A stretch of 63,391 bases of DNA, the filler included, from Octopus bimaculoides (taxonomy: Eukaryota): NCBI RefSeq assembly GCF_001194135.2. It is 6 parts of 6 records of this genome, joined end to end, with 100 filler letters (N's around TTAATTAATTAA, not from the genome) between each part and the next. Parts side by side here need not be neighbours in the genome. Positions count along the whole stretch, not along the records: positions 52,754 to 54,163 come from NC_068999.1; positions 54,264 to 62,113 come from NC_068993.1; positions 62,214 to 63,391 come from NC_068994.1; 3 more parts are not named here. One strand, 5' to 3'. The translations under genes were made by a program, and so were the position numbers. The notes beneath the pieces were generated by a model. That model did no database searches. It saw only the letters and a program-made list of their open reading frames with translations, and was not told where the DNA came from. This document shows, in pieces, positions 52,795-63,391 of this stretch; the first letter of the stretch is position 1; each line of letters starts with the position of its first letter.

Positions 52795-53117
52795 GTTTTC
52801 TATCGGTTTTTTTGTCGAACCGCTAGATTACATATACGTAAACACCAACGTCAGTTGTCGAGCGATGGTAGGGAGGGAGAAACACAGGCACACAAATACA
52901 CACACACACACCGCCCTCACACACCTATATATATATATATATATATATATACATACGACGGGCTTCTTTTAGTTTCCGTCTACCAAATCCACTCAGAAGG
53001 CTTTGGTCAGCCCGAGGCTACAGTAGGAGACACTTGCCCAAGTTGCCACACAGTGGGACTGAACCCGGAACCATGTGGTTGGGAAGCAAGCTGCTTACCA
53101 CGCAGCCACTCCTGCAC
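52795..53117 (-). mobile_element. Family 1 SINE, head plus most of body
   Basis: atacgacgggcttc...gacacttgcccaag...gtgggactgaacccggaaccatgtggttggg...cagccactcctgcac. Confidence 0.88.
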
Positions 53118-53789
53118 TTCTGTCCTTCTGCAATTATATTCTGACGTTAATATTGGTTTAGTTCCTGTGAAATTACGTAAAGAAATTAGTGCTATTCGTC
53201 TTGGAACTGAACATTTGCAATTTATGGTATTCCTCCAACAGAGCTTTGCTAAACCGTTTTCAGATTCTTACTCGAAACTTCAAACGTGTTGCTACCGAAG
53301 GTAATCGATACACTCTCAAAAATGAATAATTCATCGATGCAAGAATTTAAAGACATTTAAAAGAAGATGTCAAAGAATCTAATACTTCGCCGAAACAGCC
53401 GAAAGTTTTGGTTGTTACAGAGCTTGCTGATTATCTAATGCCATGTGCAGAGAATTTGGTCAATGACAAAAGTGTTTTCCTCGAGCCCTTGGACTCATAA
53501 GGGCGAGTTACACTGTTTCCATGATGTGTAAGTGACCAAAATCATAATATTTCCCTGAACCGGTCCGTCGGATGGTTAGAGGCCAGTAATTCCATTTTTT
53601 GCGCGGAGATGGAGGAAGTCGATTACATCGACGCAGTACTCGACAACCACGTGATTTCCTCTTCTTCCCCAATGCGCAGCATCTTGGACAAGTGCTGTCT
53701 ACTATAGGTGAGTAACCTTAGTAGAGGGAAACTATCAGCACGGTGTAACCTGGGGCATATTACTTATAGAAACACTTTATGAAGCTAAA

Positions 53790-53957
53790 TATTGGGGCGG
53801 TGCATAATTATTGCGCCTTTTTTTTTTCAGGAAATTTTATTCAACAGAAACAAAAACAATATCTAACAAAAACGTCATTAAATGACGGTCTGACAGTCTG
53901 CCAAGCAAATGAGAAGCAGCAATTGAAGTGGATGGTGAATATGCACCAATTAGATGA
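53790..53957 (+). mobile_element. Internally deleted mariner derivative (TIR-like end plus transposase C-terminus)
   Basis: TATTGGGGCGGTGCATAATTATTGCG resembles mariner TIRs. About 100 bp later a frameshifted SLPSK(W)EAAIEVDGEYAP matches a mariner C-terminus (LP.KW..VIE.DGEY). Confidence 0.6.
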
Positions 53958-54030
53958 CAGTGCCGAATTAGATGGCGGTACCGGATTTGAAGACAGTGTC
54001 GGATTAGATGACTGCAGGATTAGATGACAG
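53949..54030. repeat. ~18-bp minisatellite, 5 diverged units (ATTAGATGACAGTGCCGA-like)
   Basis: Units start at 53949, 53967, 53985, 54003 and 54019. Confidence 0.85.
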
Positions 54031-54093
54031 AAAAGAGGAGGTGGACCTCCGCTTTTCTCAATATTCAATATCTATACACCACTTCAAACACTG

Positions 54094-54163
<70 letters not shown>

Positions 54164-54397
54164 NNNNNNNNNNNNNNNNNNNNNNNNNNNNNNNNNNNNN
54201 NNNNNNNTTAATTAATTAANNNNNNNNNNNNNNNNNNNNNNNNNNNNNNNNNNNNNNNNNNNNGACATTAAACGATGATGATGATGTAATAAACATACAA
54301 GCATACATATACATGTATACATTTATATATGCATGTATGTATCTATATATGCATATATGTATATATATATATATCTTTCTCGACCTTTATCTCTCCG

Positions 54398-54429
<32 letters not shown>

Positions 54430-54721
54430 CCCCCTCTCTCTCTCTCTCTCCATCTCTGTGCATAATATACATATAACATAAAAAAATAGATCAAAGGTTT
54501 TTCTCAAAGCATAGGTCAATTTCCCAGATTCTGTGGTGTATATTTTCCACACCTGGACAGAAATTAAGTATTTTCCTCAAGAACACAACTCTACATCCAA
54601 TCCATGAATCAAGACCACAATCCTACCAACATCAATGCAACACCCTAACCACCAAGCTATGCACCTCAGCCATATATAGCATGGAAACACATATACACAC
54701 ACAATGGGATACATATACATA

Positions 54722-54754
<33 letters not shown>

Positions 54755-55341
54755 ACACATATATATAAAGAAAATAGAATGAGGTAGAAAATGCTGAAAT
54801 AATTTTATCATGAAGAACATTTTAGTTATGGGTTTCAGTCTGCGACTTTTTCAACTTTGTGTAAAGCATGAAAAACAATTAAATTGTGCAAAAATTATAT
54901 ATATATACATATATGTATATATATATATATATATAAACATAATTATAAACATTTATAAACATTTATAAATGTATGGGAACTTTTAAATAAGTTCTCCACC
55001 GATAATGGTGCTTACATACCGAAGGGCTTGGTAAAAATTATTAATTGTTGATTTATTAATAAATTAATAAATTGATAAATCTTTACCCTTTTAATTTGTA
55101 ATAATTGTTATATATATATATATATAAATATGCATGTATGCATATATATACATATATACATATGTTTGTGTGTGCCATGCTTTGAGCCCTCACTATCCAA
55201 TGGTATCATGGAGGCACCAGTATTATATAATACAGTATGTTGTAAACATCACACCTGGTTGTAGACCATACCACTCCTGCTGGGTCCACAGAGGATTTCT
55301 TTCCGGGAGAAAGTGAGAGTGAGTGGGGAGGATGGGGAGAG

Positions 55342-55413
55342 GAAGAAGAAGAAGAAGAAGAAGAAGAAGAAGAAGAAGAAGAAGAAGAAGAAGAAGAAGA
55401 AGAAGAAGAAGAA
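55342..55413. repeat. Pure (GAA)24 microsatellite
   Basis: Directly visible. Confidence 0.95.
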
Positions 55414-55444
55414 AACTATGATACTAGTTATAATAATCTTTTCT

Positions 55445-55640
55445 AATTTTTGACACAAGGCCAGAAATTTTGAGGGAAAAGGGAAATTAGTTATATTGAC
55501 CCCAGTACTCAACTGGTACTTAACTGATTGACCCACTGATGAACTCCAAAATCGACCCTAGTGGAATTTGAACTCAGAACATAAGAAAATGCTGTTAATT
55601 ATTTTGTCTGATGCACTAACGATTCTGCCAGCTAACCACC
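55445..55640 (-). mobile_element. Family 2 SINE
   Basis: gacacaaggccagaaatttt...gaccccagtactcaactggtactta...gtggaatttgaactcagaac...gattctgccagctaacc. Confidence 0.8.
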
Positions 55641-56310
55641 TTAATAATTATAATCAATAGCTATAATAATTAATAATTAATAATAAGAAGAAGAATCGGT
55701 ATTGGTCTGTTACATTACTTATTGATCTAAAACGGATGGAAGCAAAGGTGGCTTTGTCTGGATTTGAACTCAGCATGCAGTGATTGGGAACAAATAAATA
55801 AAGCAGGGTACCTGAGCTGACACCCTAACACCTCTGCTAGGTCACCTTTATATGTGAAACTGCATGTGTGTGTTCTGCACTTAGAGTTGTGTGTATCAGT
55901 AGTTTTCTTGCTGTGTGCACGTGTATGCATGCATCTGTGTATGTATGTATGTATGTATATATGTGTGTGAAACATTTAAGTATTTGTGTATCATGTACAT
56001 GCACATGAGGCCATATTTTGCACACAAGCAATAACATACACATGACTACATGTATCAATATATACACATATACACTCATACACACAAACACACACATACA
56101 CACACATGTATGTGTAAACACATACAAATATATATATATATATATATTTACATGTCTATATTAGTATGTATGTGTGTGGAACCTGGTTTGGTTCCTGGCC
56201 TTTACCAGTTCCTGTCAAACCATCCAACCCATGCCAGCATGGAAAACAGATAATGATGATGAGGATGATATGTATACATGGATATGTGTGTACATATCTG
56301 TGTGTATAAA

Positions 56311-56357
<47 letters not shown>

Positions 56358-57215
56358 AAATGGTAAATGAGTATATGCATATATACGTACAGGTATGTGC
56401 ATACCGACATCCACCTGTATGTATAGGTGCATATCTGGGTACAGGAAATTGCAAACAGAACGTAGACGAGAAAACACACAAGCCACATAGAGAACATTCT
56501 ACTTCATCAGCTACCCACGTTTTAAGATATATATATATATATATATATATATTTACACCCATATATACATATACATACATACAAATATATATTTGTATGT
56601 ATGTTGTATGCGTGCATGTACAGTAGAAGTGTGTATGTATTTGAATGTTATGTGATACAAGACTAACATTTATTTTTGGTAATGTTTTGAGTTCTATCAA
56701 ATAATTACCAACACTAATTTCTGCAAAAAATATTAACCATTCCAAATATTAGTCTAAAAGAGAAACCGTTATAAGCAGTCAGCTGTGTCCTTCATTACTA
56801 ATGATGAAAACATACTCATCGTTATTAAATATCTTTTCTCTAATATTACCTTACATCTATACACACATACATACATTCATATACACCTACATACATACAT
56901 ACATTCATACACACCTTCACACATATATATATGTATGTATGTAACATATGTCCATACGTACCTATATGTATGCATACACACACACATAAATATTTATATG
57001 TGTGTGTGTGTATGTACAGACACACATACGTACGTATGTGTGTCTGTACCTAAATGTGAACATATGTACATACATGTGCAGAAACATTTGTCTGCAAATT
57101 AATTCCGGTCTAGTTTTTCTATTGATTAGTTTCCTAAATCCAATCTGCAAGCTACCAAAAGCTTAAGTGTTAAATGAGATTAAGGATATCAGAGAACAGA
57201 TAAATATATACATAC

Positions 57216-57270
<55 letters not shown>

Positions 57271-58112
57271 NNNNNNNNNNNNNNNNNNNNNNNNNNNNNN
57301 NNNNNNNNNNNNNNNNNNNNNNNNNNNNNNNNNNNNNNNNNNNNNNNNNNNNNNNNNNNNNNNNNNNNNNNNNNNNNNNNNNNNNNNNNNNNNNNNNNNN
57401 NNNNNNNNNNNNNNNNNNNNNNNNNNNNNNNNNNNNNNNNNNNNNNNNNNNNNNNNNNNNNNNNNNNNNNNNNNNNNNNNNNNNNNNNNNNNNNNNNNNN
57501 NNNNNNNNNNNNNNNNNNNNNNNNNNNNNNNNNNNNNNNNNNNNNNNNNNNNNNNNNNNNNNNNNNNNNNNNNNNNNNNNNNNNNNNNNNNNNNNNNNNN
57601 NNNNNNNNNNNNNNNNNNNNNNNNNNNNNNNNNNNNNNNNNNNNNNNNNNNNNNNNNNNNNNNNNNNNNNNNNNNNNNNNNNNNNNNNNNNNNNNNNNNN
57701 NNNNNNNNNNNNNNNNNNNNNNNNNNNNNNNNNNNNNNNNNNNNNNNNNNNNNNNNNNNNNNNNNNNNNNNNNNNNNNNNNNNNNNNNNNNNNNNNNNNN
57801 NNNNNNNNNNNNNNNNNNNNNNNNNNNNNNNNNNNNNNNNNNNNNNNNNNNNNNNNNNNNNNNNNNNNNNNNNNNNNNNNNNNNNNNNNNNNNNNNNNNN
57901 NNNNNNNNNNNNNNNNNNNNNNNNNNNNNNNNNNNNNNNNNNNNNNNNNNNNNNNNNNNNNNNNNNNNNNNNNNNNNNNNNNNNNNNNNNNNTGTAATAA
58001 GGAAGTCAAAACAAATAGTGATATTTTGATATCATTTACTTTAACTGAGGAAGGTTTACATAATGGATGCATTTCCAGTCATATATTGTGCAAACCTGAA
58101 GTGTACATCCCG

Positions 58113-58161
<49 letters not shown>

Positions 58162-58289
58162 TATGTATATATAATTTTAAAAAAAAAAACAAGAAGATAA
58201 GGGGTGGGATTATAATTGTCTCATAATGTTTTAAAATATATCCAGACAAAAGAATAATTCAAGAAAAATGCAAGTTCAGGCTTCCATCT

Positions 58290-58830
58290 GAAACCAGAAG
58301 CTTGAATGCTCCAGGGAATAGAGTCTCAATCTCTTGAGTCTTTCCCAGTAGCTTATATGCTGCACTGAGGCTATCTTCTTTGTGTAGCTTCGTTGGATTG
58401 CTTCAAGTTCTCCAATGAATTTTACACTACTTGGTGATTATAGCTGAGAGCAATAGTCAAATTGGCTTAGGACAAATGTCCTTCAGAAGACCATCATGGT
58501 TTCCTGATCTCTTGTTTTAAAAGTTCTAAGAATCCATCCGGTCAGCTGTCTGCATTTCATTGCCAACTTAGCAACATGCACATGGAAGGATGCATCATTA
58601 CTCATGTAAATGCTCAGGTCTCGCACTGACTGTGTCTCTGAGATTGCAATCCCTCCACTTCCAGTGTATTTAATTGGTATAGCATTTAGTTTTGCATGCT
58701 AACAGCATAGGGCTTGAAACTTTTCAGCATTAGATTTCATACTGTTCTTCTTGGCCCACTTTTATATTTCATCTCACTCACGTTGCAGGTGCATAGTGTC
58801 TTCAGGGTTTTGTATCACCTGTGAGACTGC
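58290..58830 (-). mobile_element. CR1-clade LINE relic, RT C-terminal region
   Basis: Minus-strand translation with stops: KWAKKNSMKSNAEKFQAL...VRDLSIYMSNDASF...GWILRTFKTRD...FDYCSQL*SP...LEAIQRSYTKKI...SYWERLKRLRLYSLE. This is the typical CR1 RT tail. Confidence 0.85.
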
Positions 58831-58976
58831 TGGGCAGTGGGACTTAACCTGGAACCATGTGGTTTGGAAACAAAGTGCTTACCACTCACCCATGTGTGCA
58901 TTATCGTACATGGTCTGACTTTATCTGTTGCCTGACCTGGCTATATGGTTCCCTCCTCAATAATCTTAGAGGCCAA

Positions 58977-59190
58977 GGTGGTGAGCTGGCAGAAACATTA
59001 GCATGTCGGGCAAAATGCTTAGCAGTATTTCGTCTGTCTTTACATTCTGAGTTCAAATTCCTCTGAGGTTGACTTTGCCTTTCATCCTTTCGGGGTCGAT
59101 AAATTAAGTACCATTTGCGTACTGGGGTCGATCTAATCGACTGACCCACCTCCCCAAAAATTTCGGGCCTTGTGCCTAGAGTAAAAAAAC
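58977..59190 (+). mobile_element. Family 2 SINE, well preserved
   Basis: ggtggtgagctggcagaaacattagc...ctgagttcaaattcc...gactttgcctttcatcctttcggggtcgataaattaagtacc...tttcgggccttgtgcctagagtaaaaa. Confidence 0.9.
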
Positions 59191-59454
59191 AAAAACAAAC
59201 ATGGTAACCCTGAATGAAGGGTCATGTTTCAACCCTTCCTGAATAACTGCTGATTATAAATATATATATAAATATGTGAGTGCGTAAGTGTGTGAGTGTG
59301 TGAGTGTGTGTGAGTGTGTGTGTATAAATGACTGAACAAAAGATATTTAACGCATATAAAGATGCTATAGCACTCAAGAAGATTCAGTACTCTGGAAGAC
59401 CTGTACTCCACAGCAAAAGTGTTAAAATCGCTCACCCTGGTGAAGAGAGTTGAC

Positions 59455-59710
59455 CTGAAAGAGTCCACTGCTGGTGCCATCTTAAAAAACACCCAGCACA
59501 CATTGTAAAGTGGTTGGCATTAGGAAGGGCATTCAGTTGTAGAAGTCAAGCCAAATCAGACTGGAACCTGGGGCAGCTCTCCAGCTTCCCAGCTCTGGTC
59601 AAACCGTCCAACTTGTGTCAGCATGGAAAATGGACATCAAAGGATGATGATGATGACGATGACGACGACGACGATGATGATGATGATGACGACAGCGACG
59701 ATGATGATGA
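59455..59710 (+). mobile_element. Retroelement 3' tail (RTE-type SINE/LINE end) with (GAT/GAC)n tail
   Basis: gtaaagtggttggcattaggaagggcattcag...gtcaaaccgtccaac..gtcagcatggaaaatggacatcaaaggatgatgatg. A partial copy lies at 56170-56260. Confidence 0.7.
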
Positions 59711-60585
59711 TGATATACAGATACTCACACGCATATTCATTCACACACCTTTAATATCTGCCAAATTTCCTTTATACCATGTCACCATTCTTCATCGATA
59801 TTCTTCATTTTTTTTTTAAACCTCACCTAGTCTAATCTTTTATATACATTTATATTTCTCAATACACCTACACACTTATGCTGAAATTATTTACATATGC
59901 ATTCTCCATATATTTCATATTTTAAATTCTCGTCTACACATTCATATCTATATTTGCAAAATGCAGCCCTCATCTCCATTCACCTATATTCTATTGTTGA
60001 TCCTTTACTTTCCTCCTTTATACTTTATTCTTAATAGTTTCCAACTTCTTTCCATCTTCCTTTTTTTCTGCTCATTCTTCTCCCTCCATATAATACAATA
60101 ACATATTCTAATAATGTGCTTTTATAGAAGCAGCCATCTCGGTCTACTATTGAAACCATACTAAATATAACTATTATACTATATTTGCCAATATTACATT
60201 CCTATAAGAGTGGCCGTTTTATCCTAACAGTACTTCTACACTGTATTGCCTATGAATTGCATATAACCGCACCAATCCTATCAAATACTCACTCCACCTT
60301 TTTCTTCTTCTCTCTTTATCCAATTTCCATATCTAACATCAATCTAACAATTATTTGCCAACAGACTCACTTTTTGTTAACAATCACAAACTGAAAACCA
60401 TATTGTACTCACAGTCCTTATAAAGCTACATCTTCCTTCCCACCATACTACGAGTATAAACTCCATCTCAGGAAAGTTTTCCAATAGTTATAATATTATT
60501 TACAAATCTCCAAAGTACGTAGTTATAATTAAGTTAACTTTACAATAGTACAGATTTATATCTTTCCTTTCATAATCGTTTACCT

Positions 60586-60792
60586 GTTACTGGTTTCAGT
60601 CACAGGGCTGTGGTCATGCTGGAGTACCACCTTTAACAGTTTAGTGAAACTAATCCACCTCAGTACTTATTTATTTTTAAGCATGGTATTTATTCTATCA
60701 GTTTCTTTTACTGAACCACTAAGTTATGGGATATATAAGCCCACCAACACCAGTTGTGAAGCAGTGGTGGGCAACAAACACACACATGTTGG

Positions 60793-60866
<74 letters not shown>

Positions 60867-61022
60867 TTCACAATGGGCTTCTTACAGTTTCCGTCTACCA
60901 AATCCACTCACAAGGTTTTAGTAGGCTCTGGGTTGTAGCAGAAGGCACTTCCCAAGGTGCTACATAATGGGACTGAACCTGGAACCAAGTAGCTGGGAAG
61001 CAAGCTTCTTATCATGGAGCCA
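60586..61022 (-). mobile_element. Family 1 SINE, decayed full length with an expanded internal (TA)33
   Basis: ggtttcagtcacagggctgtggtcatgctggag...atgggcttcttacagtttccgtctaccaaatccactcacaagg...gggactgaacctggaacc. Confidence 0.82.
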
Positions 61023-61332
61023 TACATGTTTTAGTAATAACAGTTCTAAATATCGCTGAAGGTTCAGGAACACGTGAGAATGAAGTTTAGCAATTTTTCA
61101 TAGCACTCCTTTTCATTTTGTATTGGAACTGTTCAGTCACTCCTTTGTAAAATATAGCAATATCTCTTCCTTTAAATTCCATGGCATTTTTCTACCAACC
61201 ACAATGTACAATATTACTCATAAATCCTGATGAATATCATCTGTTAAATGTCTGTGTAGATACCTATAAAATATATAGTCATACATACATACATACACAT
61301 ACACACACACCACTCACACGTGTGTATATTTG

Positions 61333-61474
61333 ATGGGCTTCTTTCAGCTTTCATCTATGAAATCCACTCACAAGGGTTTGGTCGGCTCAAGGCTATGGTA
61401 GAAGACACTTGCCTAAGGTGCCATGCAGTGAGATTGAACCTGGAACCATGGGGTTGGGAAGCAAACACAGCCAC
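61333..61474 (-). mobile_element. Family 1 SINE head
   Basis: atgggcttctttcagc...aaatccactcacaagg...gacacttgcctaaggtgcc...gaacctggaaccatgg...cacagccac. Confidence 0.82.
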
Positions 61475-62306
61475 ATATGTATAATACATACACATAAATG
61501 CACACAGCACAATTTGACAACGTTATTAGAACCTGGATGTAAAGATTCGTGTTTTCCCAATGGCAGGGTAAGGACTGAAAGATTTCCCTGCTCATTCTAG
61601 CTGGTTGAGCAAATGTGAGTGTAAAACCGATCAACTGAGACTATCCATGTAATTAATCGATAAATACTCCCTCTATCCGTGTTTTAAATTGGAAAACAAT
61701 GTGTGTAGTACAACTGTGCTTGCGATGGTTTAAATGTGTGCGTGTATGAATGTGTCTGCATTAATGCACGTGTATAAGTGTGTGCATATGTGCATATGGC
61801 ATGTATAAGTATGTATGTGTGTGTGTGTGTATATCACAGGTGAATGTGTATGAAATGTAGGTGGGTATATATGTGTGAATGTGTGTGTATATGATATGTG
61901 GTGGTGTACATTTATAAGTGTGTGCATGCATGCATCTGTATGTGTGTGTGTGTGTGATATAGGAATAACAAACCAATGACTGAACCACTATGGTGACAAT
62001 GATGTTGGTTTTTGCATTAACATCTAGAATTATATTAAATGTTTATACCTACATTAACACTGGAACTGTACTCTAGAGACACACAGACACACATTGCATG
62101 TAGTCTTTCTGTGNNNNNNNNNNNNNNNNNNNNNNNNNNNNNNNNNNNNNNNNNNNNTTAATTAATTAANNNNNNNNNNNNNNNNNNNNNNNNNNNNNNN
62201 NNNNNNNNNNNNNATATATATATGCATATGCATATGTATATATACTCATATATACATGTGTATATCCTTATATACACACACATATACTGATATATATTTA
62301 TATATT

Positions 62307-62349
<43 letters not shown>

Positions 62350-62511
62350 ATGTATATATACATATATATACATGTGTATATCCTTATATATAAGTATATA
62401 TATATTGATTAATTTTCATATATGTTTATATAGTTTCATCAAACGTATACATGCATATATATATATGTAATGTATATATGTATATATGTGATATATATAT
62501 GTTATATAAAT

Positions 62512-62590
<79 letters not shown>

Positions 62591-62711
62591 TGTGTGTGTG
62601 TGTGTATTACGCACGTATAATCGTGCAAACATATGTACATGCAATGTATATTCATGTTTGTGTAGTGTCTGTATACATATATTTATAGATGCATATACGC
62701 ATTTACATATA

Positions 62712-62781
<70 letters not shown>

Positions 62782-62956
62782 TGTGCTTATGTAATTATAA
62801 TGCATGTTATAATGTATATCCTTATTGACGTATGCTTGTGTATGCGGGTATGTATGTGTATTACACGCGCACACACATATATATATATAGAGAGAGAGAG
62901 ATAGAGAGTGCGTGTGTGTGAGAGAGTGCGTGTGTGTGAGAGAGTGGGAGACAGAC

Positions 62957-63033
<77 letters not shown>

Positions 63034-63391
63034 CACGCGTACATGCCTACATACATAGTGTACGTATTATGATCGATACCCTTGTATGGCTGTTAATACT
63101 TCTCTTTCTCTTTCACCTGTTCCTAACTCTTGTTCAGTACTTTTCTTTGTCTCTCTCTCCTTCCCTCCCCTCTTTGTCTCTCCCCTACGACAAATATCAT
63201 GTAAAAGCTAATCATACAAAGAGTTTTAATACACATGTAGGATATGTATATTATCTTTATAGTAAAACTGTTATATATTGTTTCAAACATAACCATGTGG
63301 TTAAGACGTTTCTTCCACAGACGTTTCTTCCGCTCGATGTTCAAAATGATTGCGCGGCACTTTGAGCAGCTGCCTTCTACTAATACGTCGT

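Noticed and set aside
49365-58830. CR1 endonuclease and CR1 RT fragments as one split element
   Set aside because: On the minus strand the RT tail (58.8-58.3 kb) precedes the endonuclease (50.1-49.4 kb), which is the wrong order for a single element.
63320-63391. Phase-2 acceptor at the window end as the next LOX exon
   Set aside because: The reading RFFRSMFKMIARHFEQL does not resemble the sequence that follows AIN in lipoxygenases.

Overview
Eukaryotic, AT-rich, microsatellite-saturated draft-assembly DNA with many N gaps. The SINE repertoire looks like that of Octopus; this taxon call is from recall of those SINE families, not from a search. Most of the window is intronic or intergenic: simple repeats, tRNA-derived SINEs of at least three families, decayed LINEs (Tx1/L1, CR1, RTE, R4/Dong-like), Tc1/mariner relics and a ~200-bp foldback MITE. 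Almost all ORFs in the supplied track are microsatellite or gap artefacts. The only host coding sequence I can identify with confidence is one intact, splice-flanked + strand exon (48981-49098) encoding the His-rich lipoxygenase motif (H-x17-H-x8-H; HPIYKILAPH...AIN). It has no ORF-track entry and sits between two antisense LINEs. The most unusual structure is an inverted array of four decayed exon-like units (17511-18436) with codon-patterned divergence and donor-like GT motifs in the three units that reach that position. Other items worth checking are several hammerhead-ribozyme-like relics of the Penelope type, a SINE with a triplicated A-box head, several hairpins, and a perfect RFX X-box beside a candidate first exon. 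No rRNA, true tRNA or CRISPR array is supported.
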